This document shows, piece by piece, positions 11,170 to 23,570 of a DNA stretch of 64,000 nt. Source of the DNA: Mobula hypostoma (Eukaryota); NCBI RefSeq assembly GCF_963921235.1, contig NC_086104.1, forward strand, positions 118,172,001 through 118,236,000. Direction: 5' to 3'. The translations under genes were made by a program, and so were the position numbers. The notes under the pieces are model-generated. The model saw only the letters and a program-made list of their open reading frames with translations. It did no database searches and was not told the DNA's origin. The stretch's first letter is position 1; every line of letters begins with the position of its first letter.

Positions 11170-11480
11170 AGCATGCTGTGGGTACGTGACCAAATGTTTA
11201 AGGCATTGAACTAGTGATCTGAAGGTCGTGAGGTGGAGCCCCAGTCGAGGCAGCGTGTTGTGTCCTTGAGCAAGGCGCTTACCCACACAGTGCTCTGCGA
11301 CGACACTGGTGCCAAGCTGTTTCGGCACTTGCCCTTCCCTCAGACAACAACGGTGTTGTGGAGAGGGGAGACCTGCAGCATGGGCAACTGCCGGTCTTCC
11401 ATACAACCTTGCCCAATTAGTGAAGACTTTCCAGGCGCAGATCCATGTTCTCGCAAGCCGAACGAATGCCTATATCCAGC
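11170..11480 (+). mobile_element. tRNA-type SINE
   Basis: A/B-box-like head (gtgaccaaatgtttaagg..ggtcgtgaggtggagccc); body shared with the copy at 18432-18720. Confidence 0.75.
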
Positions 11481-12681
11481 ACGGAAAAGGGCCCCTTGGA
11501 CTTATTCACTCATGCTGAACAATCTGCTGCCCTGAGTCACACTCATTTGCCCTCGTTTAGTCCAAAACGCTCTATAACTTTCATATCCATGAAGCAAACA
11601 AATATCTATTAATTGTACTCCCTTCTACTACACCCTCAAGCAGCAAGTTGCCGAAACCTTCTGTTATTTGCGTAAAGAATGTTGCCCTTCATGCCCGCAT
11701 TAAATCTGGGCCCTCAAGCGGCACGATGAGAAAGGGATTTGCCTAGATCCGCTCTGCCAATAGTCATCGGAGTTTTATGAAGCCCCACTACTCCGCTTTA
11801 GATAAAACAGAACCGCCCATCTACTCTCTCCACCTGTCGAGTCCCGTGAATCGTGCTTGCACACTCCTTAACTTAATCAGATGTTCCCTGTACTATGGCG
11901 AAGATAATTGCCCACAATGAACCAATTTTATCAAATTGCCTCCTGTGCATTCAAAAATTAAGTAATTTGATATTCGTCAGAGAGGTTTTATTGCAAGAGA
12001 CGTCAGAAAATCCGTTTGCATGCTTATGGCAAGGAGAGGTCAATCTGTCGTTGGGTCTTAAGAAAACGTGGTCGCTGCGTGAGAGAAAAAAAAATCTGCG
12101 GTCAGAACCCAGTCACGACAATGTATGCAAACTGGGCGGGCACGGGGCAATTGGTCCGGTTCTGATGCGCTGCGTTGTTTCATTGCTAATTCTTGATTTT
12201 GGAGCACTCATCGCTAATGTGCCTACACTGGTACAAAATAAAAATAATTAAGGGCAGTGGCAAAGCCCTCGAGCAGTTCAGTACATAACAATCTTCAGGT
12301 CAATTGTAGAAGCTTAACAATAGGCCCATCCAGTCGCGAAATCACTGTTGGCATTAATTTGTGACTGACACGCTACTCGTAACCTTTTGAAAGGTATTGT
12401 CAGAAACCATGGAAACACCAGTGCCACCCCGAGAGACCCTCCACGTCAATGAGATTAATGTAGCAGAGCAAGCTGCTTGGCAGAATAATACAGGGTCCAC
12501 TCCGATATCTAAATGTAAACCTTACCCCGCAATCATCACTTCGGACTGCATATCCTCGCCCCCTTAAACCATAAGACCAGAAAAGTATTAAGGAACATTA
12601 AAGGAAATAATTATTATTTAAGGAAAGCTGCGGGTGAATTCCTGTTCACCATTATTGACTATAGCTTTGAGAAACACTCAC

Positions 12682-12984
12682 AGTGAACATCCAGCGTAAA
12701 ATATGCCGTATTTCTCCCGCTGGTACCATCCGTTGTAAGTTCACAACCAATACGTTTACTGTCATGGTTCGGTGAAGGAGTGAATGTGAATTTGGTGGAG
12801 ATATTCTGAGGACTCTGAATAGTCTTGCCGTTTTCTTTTGAACCTTGAGTAATTGCCATCAGTTCTTCGTCGAGAATCCATTTTAACCTGAATCGGGCGG
12901 ATGGACAACTGTGATTTAGTGAGCAGGTCAAGTAGCTCATTCGCCCAGCGATGACGTCTTGAGGAACTGATATCTGTGGTTCAG
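12682..12984 (-). CDS. Siglec/MAG-like receptor, exon 3 (C2-set Ig domain 2)
   Basis: Acceptor tttattaacag|, donor ACT|gtgagt, 303 nt, phase 1-1. EPQISVP..LTCSLNHSCP..W..FTFTPS..HDSKRIGC is the typical Siglec domain-2 pattern, with the interdomain Cys in HSCP. Confidence 0.95.
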
Positions 12985-13232
12985 CTGTTAATAAAGGTAA
13001 TTGATATATCATGAAATACTTTATTGGTAATTTGTTTTTTTATTGAAGTTGATCATCAAACAATCATTTCCCTAAGATGTACTTCAGATGCTGTGCATAT
13101 AATATCATACAATAATATTTGTCAAATACTTTTAATTCAAAAATAAAATAATTGGAAGATTATTGTCTCACTCCTCGGTAGGACAGATTTGCACCGTCAA
13201 TATTAACTCAATGTAATAAAATCGCAATCGCC

Positions 13233-13945
13233 TGTTAGAACCATAGAACCATAGAACATTACAGCACAGAAACCAGGCCATTCGGCCCTACGACTCTGTG
13301 CCGAAAATTTATTCCGCTTGTCCCATTGACCTGCACCCAGTCCATAATCCTCCAGACCTCTCCCATCCATGTACCTATCCAATTTATTCTTAAAACTTAA
13401 GAGTGAGCACGCATTTACCACTTCAGGTGGCAGCTCGTTCCACACTCCTACAACAATCTGAGTGACGAAGTCCCCCCTAATGTTCCCTCTGAACCTTTCC
13501 CCTTTCACCCTAAAGCCATGTCCTCTCGTATTTTTCTCTCCTAATCTAAGTGGAAAGAGTCTATTCGCATTTACTCTGTCTATACCCCTCATAATTTTGT
13601 AAACCTCTATCAAATCTCCCCTTATTCTTCTACGTTCCAAGGATAAAGTTCGAACCTGTTCAATCTTTCCCTCTAACTCAACTCCTGAAGACGCGGCAAC
13701 ATCCTAGGAAATCTTCTCTGCACTCTTGCAATCTTACTGAAATCCTTCCTACAGTTAGGTGTCCAGAACTGCACACAATACTCCAAATTTGGCCTCACCA
13801 ATGTCCGATACAACCTCACCATAACATCCCAACTCCTATACCCAGTACATTGATTAATGAATACCAGGATGCCAAAAGCCTTCTTTACAAACCTGCCTAC
13901 CTGTGACGCCACTTTCAGGGAATTATGTATCTGAACTCCCAGATC
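13233..13945 (-). mobile_element. CR1 3' fragment
   Basis: ORFs 13203-13640 and 13673-13912 (RPNLEYCVQFW, RGDLIEVYKIM); tail (ACCATAGA)n on the plus strand. Confidence 0.92.
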
Positions 13946-14511
13946 CCTTTGCTCTCGGTGTTTTCAGTGTTTCCCGGCGGCAAGATGAAGTCGCCATTCA
14001 ACAGCAATGGTAAATAAAATAAGAAAAGGATAAGCGGAACGGCAATTATTGCAGTGGACTAGTCCTAGAGTCCTGAGGCTTTGGTTCCCGAGTTTCAACA
14101 ATAAGAGGTCTTAAGTACATTGTTATAGCAGTGCTAATGGATTCAGAGGCTGTATTATCTATTTTTTGATTGTTTGTTATTCGGCACTCTGGGAGACGTC
14201 CAGCCTCCCGGGTAGACAGACCTGCACCACAGGTAGCTAGAACACAGTGAGTAGGGGAATAGAATAGATTAGAACATGAGATTAGATTATGAGGAATACA
14301 ATAGATGCCTGGCTATAATAGATGTTATCATATCAACAATAAATCGGGGTCACCAGCTAACAAATATTCGGACAGCTGTAGGTGCAAAACCAAAGGTTGG
14401 AGAAGAAACACGGGAGACGATATGCATCGATATAAATAATGCGTATATACATAATACTTATCTGTAAAGTTTCAATGTAAACTAGAAACGCAGCTCTAAG
14501 AGAAAACTTAC

Positions 14512-14880
14512 TTATAACAGAAACTGTGACGCAGCCATGTTCTTTTCCCTTCGGTATCCCCCTTAGGTTTCCAAAGGTCACCCTGAAGCAATAGACGCCT
14601 TTGTCAGCAAAGCTGACGCCTTTAATCCGTAAGGAACATCCATTCTGAGCTAGGTTGCCAGTGAATTCTGCTCGTCGTTCATAAGTAGAGGATATTTTTC
14701 CATTCTCGTAGATAGCAAAGACCTCTTTCTCCAGAGGATCATATCCCCCTTTTAACCACATACCGCTTGGGTTATAGAGTCCCGTCCTCTGGTCAAATGT
14801 GCACTGGATCTCCATACAGCTACCGTACACAGCCCAGAGTGTCCGCGGAACATTCACAGAAAGTGACATAGTCTGTACAA
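14512..14880 (-). CDS. Siglec/MAG-like receptor, exon 2 (V-set Ig domain)
   Basis: Acceptor tttgtttcag|, donor TAA|gtaagt, 369 nt, phase 1-1. Carries the Siglec signatures GSCxxIxCxF, the E-strand Cys (NGCSLRI) and DxGxYxFR with the essential Arg (codon 14582-14584). Confidence 0.95.
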
Positions 14881-15299
14881 CTGAAACAAAAAATCAATCA
14901 AGTAACCATACAATGAGGTGAAAGTATGATTGCTGGTACTTGACGCGGACAACTACACCGGACTGACTTCGAAAATTAAATACAATCGACCGAATTAGTG
15001 TTGTAGAACAAAGGGCCCTAGAGCTGTGGTATATTGTCCTTTTGAAGTGGAGACCAACGTAGAGCAGGCCGTAACGATGTTTTTTGTCACGTATTATCTG
15101 CCACAGAAATAACTACAGGTGTTGCGGTATCATGTTACAGCTAACAACATATTGCTGAATCTACACTTGGAGAGCTCTATGCATTTCTGGGCGACCTACG
15201 AAAGGAAAGATAGCAACAAATGATTTTTTTTCTTTTAAAAAAGGAAAGAATTTCGCGAAGACTCAACCGGAGTTGAAGTACTCATGTTCTAAGGAAAGG

Positions 15300-15700
15300 T
15301 CAGATAGCCTGGCTATAACAGAGAAGCGTATGATGACATTCTGGATGTTTGCAAAATTACGGATTTCTGCCATAAGGTTAATGGCCATGGTCTCTTTCCA
15401 AGGATAGTAGAGTGTGAAGCGAACAAATATCATTGGTTTAAATAGAGAGGAGAAAGATGTCAAAAGGAATTGAAAGTCAACATTGACACAGAGGGTGGCG
15501 GGAATGTGGTTCGGGCTGTCAGAGACGTTGAAGGTGTAGATACAATCACGGCCTTTAAATAAACAGGACAGATGCGCAGATCGGAAAGGTACAGAGAGAA
15601 ATGGGCCTAACGCGGACAACTGGACTAGCTCAAGGAGAGTACATTAGTCATGGAAGATTAGTTGGCATGGAAGAGCTATGCTGGAGGGCCTGGCTCCACG
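15300..15700 (+). mobile_element. Old CR1 3' remnant
   Basis: Degenerate RGDL..K..-coding and 3' UTR-like sequence. Confidence 0.55.
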
Positions 15701-15836
15701 CTGTATATCCGTCTGTCTCTTCTTGACATATCATATTTACATTAAATTGTGTTGTTATCTCTCGAGCACACAACAACTTGGTGTGCAATAGCAATTATTT
15801 ATCCAGGGCTGTATTAGCAATATTTTTAATGCATAC

Positions 15837-15879
15837 CTGTAGCATGAAACAGAATGGAAATCAGCAGAGCAAATGCCAT
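15837..15879 (-). CDS. Siglec/MAG-like receptor, coding exon 1 (signal peptide MAFALLISILFHAT)
   Basis: Kozak context acaaccATGG. Hydrophobic 14 codons + 1 nt, then a phase-1 donor CAG|gtatgc. An upstream acceptor (tttttaattttcag|) at 15898-15899 implies a further 5' UTR exon. Joins in frame to the V exon (G|TT = Val). Confidence 0.88.
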
Positions 15880-16829
15880 GGTTGTAGTAGCTGGATACTG
15901 AAAATTAAAAACAAAAACAGCAATTCCACAATCGAGCCCTTTTTATGCACTCAAACTTCTCTTTAACGCTTGTACCAGTTGTTTGTCGAACGGTCGCTAT
16001 ACTTCAGGAGATGAAACTGTGCTGCTTGCATTCGCACCTCCGCTGTCTGCGTTTGCAATACCCCTTCACCATCAAAGAACAGAAGCGTAAGAACTTCACG
16101 GAAGTAAAATTAGGTTAAACCTCCCAAGAATGGACCACCGCAATCACGAAATGCAATAGGCCAGTCTGGTGTCCGACCACAGCCGCGCACTGGGCCACAA
16201 TTGTAGATTATTATCTCGAGAAACAGTTGACTTCTATCAGCGGGAAAGAACTTCTCGCAACCCGTGTTATTTGCGTGCGATGAAAGTTGGTGTTTGTCGT
16301 GTAGGTACTTTCTCCGGAAATTACTATTTGCCGCCTTCGAGTTACTCTCGCATCGAAATGTCAAGAGTACCAGGGCTGTTTCAGTAAACATGTAAACGGG
16401 CGTCATCGTGCTTCCTGTAAAATGACCGCAGTAAGTTGCGTCCACACCCAGACGACAGGACAGTTGTCTATCCAAATGCCACAAGGAAGGTCACCTGGGA
16501 AGAGTCAACATTTCTGCAAAGGAAAATAGGGATAAGTCATGCATTATAGACCAGTGTGAGTCATATTATTTTTGAGAGGTCTTTGGAGAGGATATTGAGG
16601 GATGAGACAGAAGCTTTTTTTTCAAGATTGTAAGTACGACATTTTGAAGATATTAGATGTTTTAAAAACATGATTAAGATTTTTGAAGGATGCTTTATGT
16701 GGTATGTGCCCTGGGCATTATCTTCATAACTTTCCTTTAACTGACGGCTAGACATCTTGATGTATAATTACCTCAATTATTCTAACTTGCCTTTTGAGCA
16801 AAGGAACATATGCTACTCTCAAGTCCTCC

Positions 16830-17250
16830 GAGATATCGCCGCTCCTCGTGAAGACCCAAATATCTTTCTCCATGCTTCAGCAATCACCTCACGCGTATTT
16901 GAATGTTTAACTTCTAAATCTTCCTAAATCCCTGTATGTCTGAACTATTGCCGCATATTCTGCCTGCGGATCTATTAATCCGCAAAGACCTATGTACTTG
17001 TGCCCGCACCATATCCTCCATACCTCTTTCATCGGTGTACCTGTACAAATGTCTCCTAGAAATTTGAAGTCGAACCAGCTTCCAGTGACAGCTCGTGCGA
17101 AGCTCTTCCCACCCTCTGGGTGAATTAGTTCTATCACATGTTCACTGTAATCATCTCACATTTCACTATTAACCAATAACCTCTATTTTAGGTCTCACAC
17201 AAACCCAGTGAAAATGTTCTTACATTTACACTACCTTTGCCCCTCATATT
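16830..17250 (-). mobile_element. Old CR1 3' remnant
   Basis: Similar to the 3' ends at 13250-13600. Confidence 0.55.
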
Positions 17251-17329
17251 TTGTATACTTATATCAAATTTCCCCTTTCTATTATCCGCTATGGAATAAA
17301 GTCTCAAAAAAAAGACATAAACCAATCTT

Positions 17330-17770
17330 CCGTCCCTGGACCCACTTTACACCTCACGCTCTCGGAGCAGTACTGCCAGGATAATCAAGGACACGACCCA
17401 CCCAACGAACACACTTTTCATCCCTCTTTCCTCCGGGAGAAGGCTCAGGAACTTGAAGAGTTGTACGGCCAGATTTGGGGACATCTTCTTTCCAACTGTG
17501 ATAAGACTGCTGAACGGATCCTAACCCGGATCTGGACCGTACCCTCCAAATGTCCGGACCAGCCTCTCGTATTTTTTTCTTTTTTTGCACTGTCTTACTT
17601 TCCATTTTCTATGGCCTATTTATGATTTATAATTTAATTTTTTTTATATTTACTATCAGTTTGTACACCAGGGAGCGGGTAGCGCAGAATCAAATATTGC
17701 TGCGATGATTGTACGTTCCAGTATCAATTGTTTGCCGACAATAAAGTGTAAAGAAGAAAGTATTCAACCT
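17330..17770 (+). mobile_element. Rex1/Babar-like LINE 3' end
   Basis: IIKD.THP...F..L.SGRR-like coding remnant followed by a T-rich 3' UTR. Confidence 0.6.
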
Positions 17771-18431
17771 TTCCCTGTAAATGAGGTCCTAAAGTTCTGG
17801 CATCACCCTTGTATTTTTTCCACATTCTTTCATTCTTACTGATACTTTTCCCGATAGGTGGGTACAATATTAAAATTAGGTCCCAGCAATGCTTTATAAA
17901 GCTTCAACATAACCTCCCAGCGTCACGACTGTCGGTGTGCTGAAGGTTTTCCTTACGGATTATCTTTCTGTGATGCCACCTTAAAAGATATTATGAATCT
18001 GATTCTCAGATTCCTCTGCTCTACTGCAGTCCGCAGTGCCCTACCACGCACCGTGTAACAATATCATGTAGCCCCATGGTAGTCTGGAAACTGGAGCGAA
18101 GCTATTACAGCTCGATCTGTTCTGGAGTTCGAGGTTCAATCCCGGTGCTGTTCTGTAAGGAATCTCGGTATTCTCCCATTGTCCAAAGACGTACCGGTAT
18201 GTTAATTGGTAATGGTAAATTGTCACGTAATTCGTTTAGAGTTAATCACGATTGCCAGCGGTTTCTGGAGGAGCATTACTTGACAGACTGGAAGGGCCTA
18301 CTCCACGCTGTATCGCTGAATCATAAATAAGGACAAACCTTCTTTGGTCCATCCAAATTGCAACAGCTCACACTTGTCTGCATTAAATACTATCTGCCAT
18401 TTATCAGCCCGGTTTTGTGCCTAGTACTGTA

Positions 18432-18720
18432 GGCGCGTGGCCAAGGGGTTAAGGCGTCGGTCTAGTGATCTGAAGCTTGCTAGCTCGAGCTTCAGCTGAG
18501 GCAGCGTGTTCTGTCCTTGAGCAAGGCACTTAACCACACATTGTTCTGCGACGACACCGGTGCCAAGCTGTATCGGCCCTAGTGCCCTTCCCTTGGACAA
18601 CATTGGTGGCGTGGAGAGGGGAGACTTACAGAATGAGCAACGGCCGGTCTTCCATACAACCTTGCCCTGGAAACCTTCCAAGGCGCAAATCCATGGTATC
18701 ACGAGACTAATGGATGCCTA
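18432..18720 (+). mobile_element. tRNA-type SINE (second copy)
   Basis: gcgcgtggccaaggggttaaggcg (A box) ... gctagctcgagc (B-box-like); body homologous to 11170-11480. Confidence 0.8.
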
Positions 18721-20249
18721 TTTGTGCCTGGTCCAGATCCCACTTCAGAAAAAGCATAGTCTGTTCGGTTAAAAAAAACGAAAAAAAAAAAACAAAACTA
18801 CACAACCTATTTCTCATCATACCTCTGCTTTACCACTGGATCAAAATACAACTGTTCCTCAGTGGAACTTTATCTCCCTTGTTGTCAACTTTTTTTTTAT
18901 CATGTAACGATATAAAGCTTAGAGATTATCCTTGACCTTTGACCCTGCTTGATAAGAACATTTCATATCTCCGCTGACCCATCCTGGTCGCTTATTTGAA
19001 CATTTCCCTGAATCTTTACATTCCAAAGAGCCCAGTTCGCAGTTATCCTTCATTAAAATTTACTACACGTTATGACACTTCTGGAATAAATTTAGAGGCC
19101 CACGGGACATCTGCAGTTCCCTTTACCTATTATCCTTATCCTTCTTGGAACACGCTGCTCCTGAACACTCGTCAGCTCGTCTTTTCATGGCGCCCTCATT
19201 TCGGGCGTGAACATCTGTGATACCAGCTGCTCCCAATCAGCTGATCCTCTCATACTTCGTTGTTATTTGCCGTACATAATTTAGTACAGGAAGATACAGT
19301 TTTATCTTGAATCATAATGGAGAAAATCTTTCGACGGTGATTTCAGCAGGAGAGCAAGCAGTGCTGTCCTTAATCGATTGTACTGTGTACAATATAAATC
19401 TCGTTACCTTAAGCATGTTATTCTTGCTATGCAGGGTGCGAACCAAAAGTTTGGGTGGTATTACGGGATAAAGATCTTGTCGGTTTCAGCTCAATTTTAA
19501 GGGAAGTTCTCATGTAAACGTGTAAATTCCAAAACGAAATACAAGGAAGACCCTCCTGATTATTACAATTATGAACCATGGATTATAGCCTCGGAAGAGA
19601 ACTGAGATGGGGAAAATTTCTTCACCACTGGTTCACAGCCCAGAAGGCAGTGGGCACAGTGTGTTAAATATATTCCATCTGGATGCATTTATCACTGTTA
19701 AGGAAGACAACGTGTCCTGGAAATGCAGAGCCCATGCCAACAAAGGTGCTACCTGAGCTCGGCCCAACTGCTTCCTCCCCTCCGTCACCAGATTTCTCAA
19801 TGAATAATGTTACAGTGATAGACCTCAATATTTTCCCTTTTTGATTTGTTTTCTATTTCCAGTACTTATATAGAAATATGTAATACTAATGTTGAACGTT
19901 CAGTTTTTATTATGTATTGCAATGCATTGCTGCCACAAGAAAGAAGATTTTACGACGTCAACCTGGAACTAATTCTAAGTTTTATGATAGTCATCTGTAA
20001 CGACCAATGCTGAAGTAGCGTTCATTTGTCGGGGAACTCATTTCAAGAGCCTCAGGGTAACGTTGAATTTTCATAAAACTCTGCTTAGCCAGTTGGATTA
20101 CTGTACTCAATACTCTTTGGGTTTATATACGCAGGATGTCGAAACTTTAGAGGGAGTGCGGAGGAGATTTACAGGATGCTGCCCCAATTGGGGGCCGCCG
20201 TCGGTCAGAGTTGGCTGTGGGTATTATCTACTAGCTATCCAGAGACGCA

Positions 20250-20750
20250 AGCCTGGGCAGTACAATATGGAGAACAATCTATTTCCACGTAGCCAGCCTC
20301 CATCCCCAGCCCCTACGCATTGATGAACCCAAAGAACAGCAAAGACTGATACTGGTTTGGTTCTAGCAGAATTGCAGGAGTAGTCTTTTAGTGTTGCACT
20401 CCAGCACCGGATTTTCCCTGGGGGTTCATTCCCGAAGTCTTCTCCATGTGTGGGTATAGCTGCAAGGCAGCAGAGGTTTGAGATCAGTTTTCCTTCTCCT
20501 GGATGAGCTGCCAACCACAGCTGACGAGACCCACCTTCCGGAAGCGACTGGTTTTAAGGAGCCAGTAACCCTTCTCCTGTCTGTGGAAATGGTTTCACCG
20601 GGCTTAGTAGCGAAGCCACAAGTGAAAGCCAGGTGCGGACTTTGTTGTCAGAGGCTATTTGAGGCTCAAGTCATTGGAAATGTTTAACAGTTAGTGTGGG
20701 CTTGACCCCATTGCCACTCCCGGCTGAAACAATCTTAAGAGACTGGAATT
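20250..20750. mobile_element. Probable RTE-related/SINE-like non-coding repeat
   Basis: gagatcagttttccttctcctggatgagctgccaaccacagctgacgag resembles RTE-associated 5' sequence. Recognised from memory only; not verified. Confidence 0.35.
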
Positions 20751-21624
20751 AGAGAGCATATCTTATCTGGAGAGGTTGATCGAAGTCGGGCTTTTCTTTT
20801 TTTTCAGTAAAGGAAGATGCGAGGCAACTTGATAGAGGTATACAAGATAATAACAGGTGTTGATCGTGCGGCGCGCAGTGCGTTTATCTCTGGTGCGTCA
20901 ATGGCTAATTACAGATGACATACCCTTCAGGTGACTGGAGGAAAACGTACCAGAGTGCCACGGTTAGTTTTTTTTTCTAAAGCACAGCTGGTGAAAATTG
21001 CAAGGAACACGTAACTGTGGTGCTGGTAGCCACAGATAAACGACGCCCTTGAAGGACGCAGACAGGCAGACGTATTAATGAGGAATGAAGGGCTATGTTG
21101 GGTTAAGTTTAATAAAAAATGGAACAATAGCATGGAACGAAGAGCTTCTTCCGCACACTACTATTTTGTTCTATATATTGACTGTTTACTAATAGTCAGC
21201 GAACAAAAGTTCTTTGGCACATTTACGTATCAGCAAATACATGTTGGGATGCCATGTTACTGATATGCAAGACATTGTTAAGTTCTCATTTGATTTCTGT
21301 GTTCAATGTTGTTCACCTTGTTGGAAGAAGTTAAGCTGGAAACTCTTCCGAAAATGTTCACACGGATGCTGCTCGATCTCGTTAGATGGAAGTATAAGGA
21401 AGTATAAGGCAGCTGGGTCTTTATTCCTTGGAGCATAGGAGACAGTAGACTAATCTTATAGAGTTGCATAAAATCATCAGTGGTGTTGGAAGGAATCTGT
21501 TCCCTGGGATAGGGGCTTAAACTGACAGGAGACAAAATTAAAAGGAGCCCGAGGAGTAATTTGTTGAAGCAAAGAATTGTGAATACATGTGACGAGCTGT
21601 CCGGGGAACGTTTGAGCTATGTAG

Positions 21625-22470
21625 ATACGGTGGCATGCAAAAGTTAGGGCACCCCTGGTCAAAATTTATGTCCCTATGAACAGCGAAGGGAGTAAAAGAT
21701 GAACTGATTTCCAAAAGGCATAAAGTTAAAGATGACACATTTCTTGAATATTTTAAGCAGAAAACTTGTTTTTATTTCCATCTTTTACAGTTTCAAAATA
21801 ACAAAAACTGAAAAGGGCCTGAAGCAAAAGTTTGGGCACCCTGCATGGCAGTACTTAGCAACACCCCCTTTGGCAAGTATCACAGCTTGCAAACGCTTTT
21901 TGTAGCAAGATAAGAGTCTTTGAATTCTTGTTTGTGGGATTATCGCCCATGCTTCCTTGCAAAAGCCTTCTAGTTCTGTGAGATTCTTGGGTCGTCTTGC
22001 ATGCACTGCTCTTTTGAGGTCTATCCAGAGATTTTCGATGATGTTTAGGTCAGGGGGCTGTGAGGGTCATGGCAAAACCTTCAGCTTGCGCCTCTTGTGG
22101 TAGTCCATTGTGGATTTTGAGGTGTGTTTAGGTTCAATTTCCTGCTGTAGACGCCATCCTCTTTTCATCTTTGGCTTATTTACAGACGGTGTGATGTTTG
22201 CTTCCAGAATTTGCTGGTATGTAATTAAATTCTTTCTTCCCTCTACCAGTAAATGTTCCCCGTGCCACTGGCTGCAACACAAGCCCAAACCACGATCGAT
22301 CCACCCCAACGTTTAACAGTTGGAGTCTGGGACTGTTCATGAAATTTTGCATTTTTTTTCTCCAAACATACCTTTTCTCATTGATGCCAAAATGTTCTAT
22401 TCGGAAGGTTCAAAGGAACATCTAAACAAGCCTGATGCATTTTGGAAACAAGTCCGGTGGACAGATGAAG
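21625..22470 (-). mobile_element. Tc1 transposon, truncated (one TIR plus the C-terminal transposase)
   Basis: TA-cggtggcatgcaaaagttagggcacc terminus with an internal direct repeat at 21822. Frames give NLTELEGFCKEAW..RLQAVILAKGGVAKY and PKHTSKST. Confidence 0.88.
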
Positions 22471-23570
22471 TTAAAATAGAATATTTCTCCCCATTTTGCC
22501 TGCTAATTTTTCCAAGAGAGAATTGCGAAAGCCAACTTTCCCTCGGAGTTTTTGGATGTGGGTGTCAAATGAAAGCGTCCGATCCAGTGTCACGCCCACG
22601 TAAACTTGAGTCGGGTGATTTTCGTGCTTCTTCCCACACCAGAAGATCCTGAGTTTCTGAGCTGCTTCTCGATTCCTTAGGTTGAATACACACACTTGAC
22701 TTTTTGATATATTTGAGTTCAGTGACCATTTTTCATAATACTGCTTCATTGCTTCGAAGACTGCTGTAAGTCGTACTTTAACTTCTTGGAAAGAATTAGC
22801 TTGTGCTGCTGTGCATAGGTCACCTGCATAGATAAACCTGCGTGTGTTAGGAAAGGTTGGTTGGTAATTTGGGTGAACATTAAATAGAGGTGCCAAATGC
22901 TCCCTGTGGTAGTCAGTTCTTTTGTGGACGCCACCTACTCTTAATTCCTTTCATTTCTACATGAAATCAGCGATTTTCTACGAGGCTAATTATTACTTTG
23001 ACTGTGGTTTCCTTCTTTAACATTTTAGATATTTTCGGTAGAAGGCCTCTATGATTCACAATGTCGTATGCTGTTGTTAAGTCAACGAACACTGCCCCTG
23101 TAAATTGCCACATTTGAAAGCCATCCTGAATATACGAGGTTAATTTCAGGACTTGACCGCAGCAAGAGTGGCCTGGCCTGAACCCGGCTTGGTCTGGTGT
23201 TACAAGACCTTCGACTAAGGGGGATATTCTTTTCAGTATGGATCTCTCGTAGAATTCCTAGAGGGTGCAGAGGAGGGAAATCCGTCTGTAATATTTTTAG
23301 GAATTTTGGGGTCTTTATTGGGGTTTAGGAGAGCAACATCTTTGGCTGTTCACTTTTTAGGTAATTTTAATGATCTTAGGCAACAGTTAATAAGGGACAG
23401 AAGCCAATGGAGTGCTTTAGGTCCAAGATGCTTAAGGAATTAATTAAGAATCACATCTATGCCAGCAGCTTTGTGGGATTTTAGCTGTGATCCTTAATTC
23501 TTCTAGGATGAGAGGTGGGAAGTTGTTATTCCCATTTCAGAGAGCTGACTCCATCTCCTGATGTTGTTTT
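22470..23570 (-). mobile_element. Daphne/jockey-like non-LTR retrotransposon RT fragment
   Basis: ORF 22471-22896: FIYAGD..YYEKWSL.N.SKSQVCVF.L.NREA..YVGVTLDRTLSF..KV..RNSLLEKLAG. Clade assignment is tentative. Confidence 0.7.

Noticed and set aside
16335-16405. MFTETALVLLTFRCE as a candidate signal-peptide exon
   Set aside because: Weak donor and h-region; superseded by the Kozak-flanked exon at 15837-15879.
15150-19410. Several acceptor/donor-like sites (about 15196, 16514, 18822, 19407) as possible 5' UTR exons
   Set aside because: The true upstream exon cannot be chosen without transcript data; no coding evidence.
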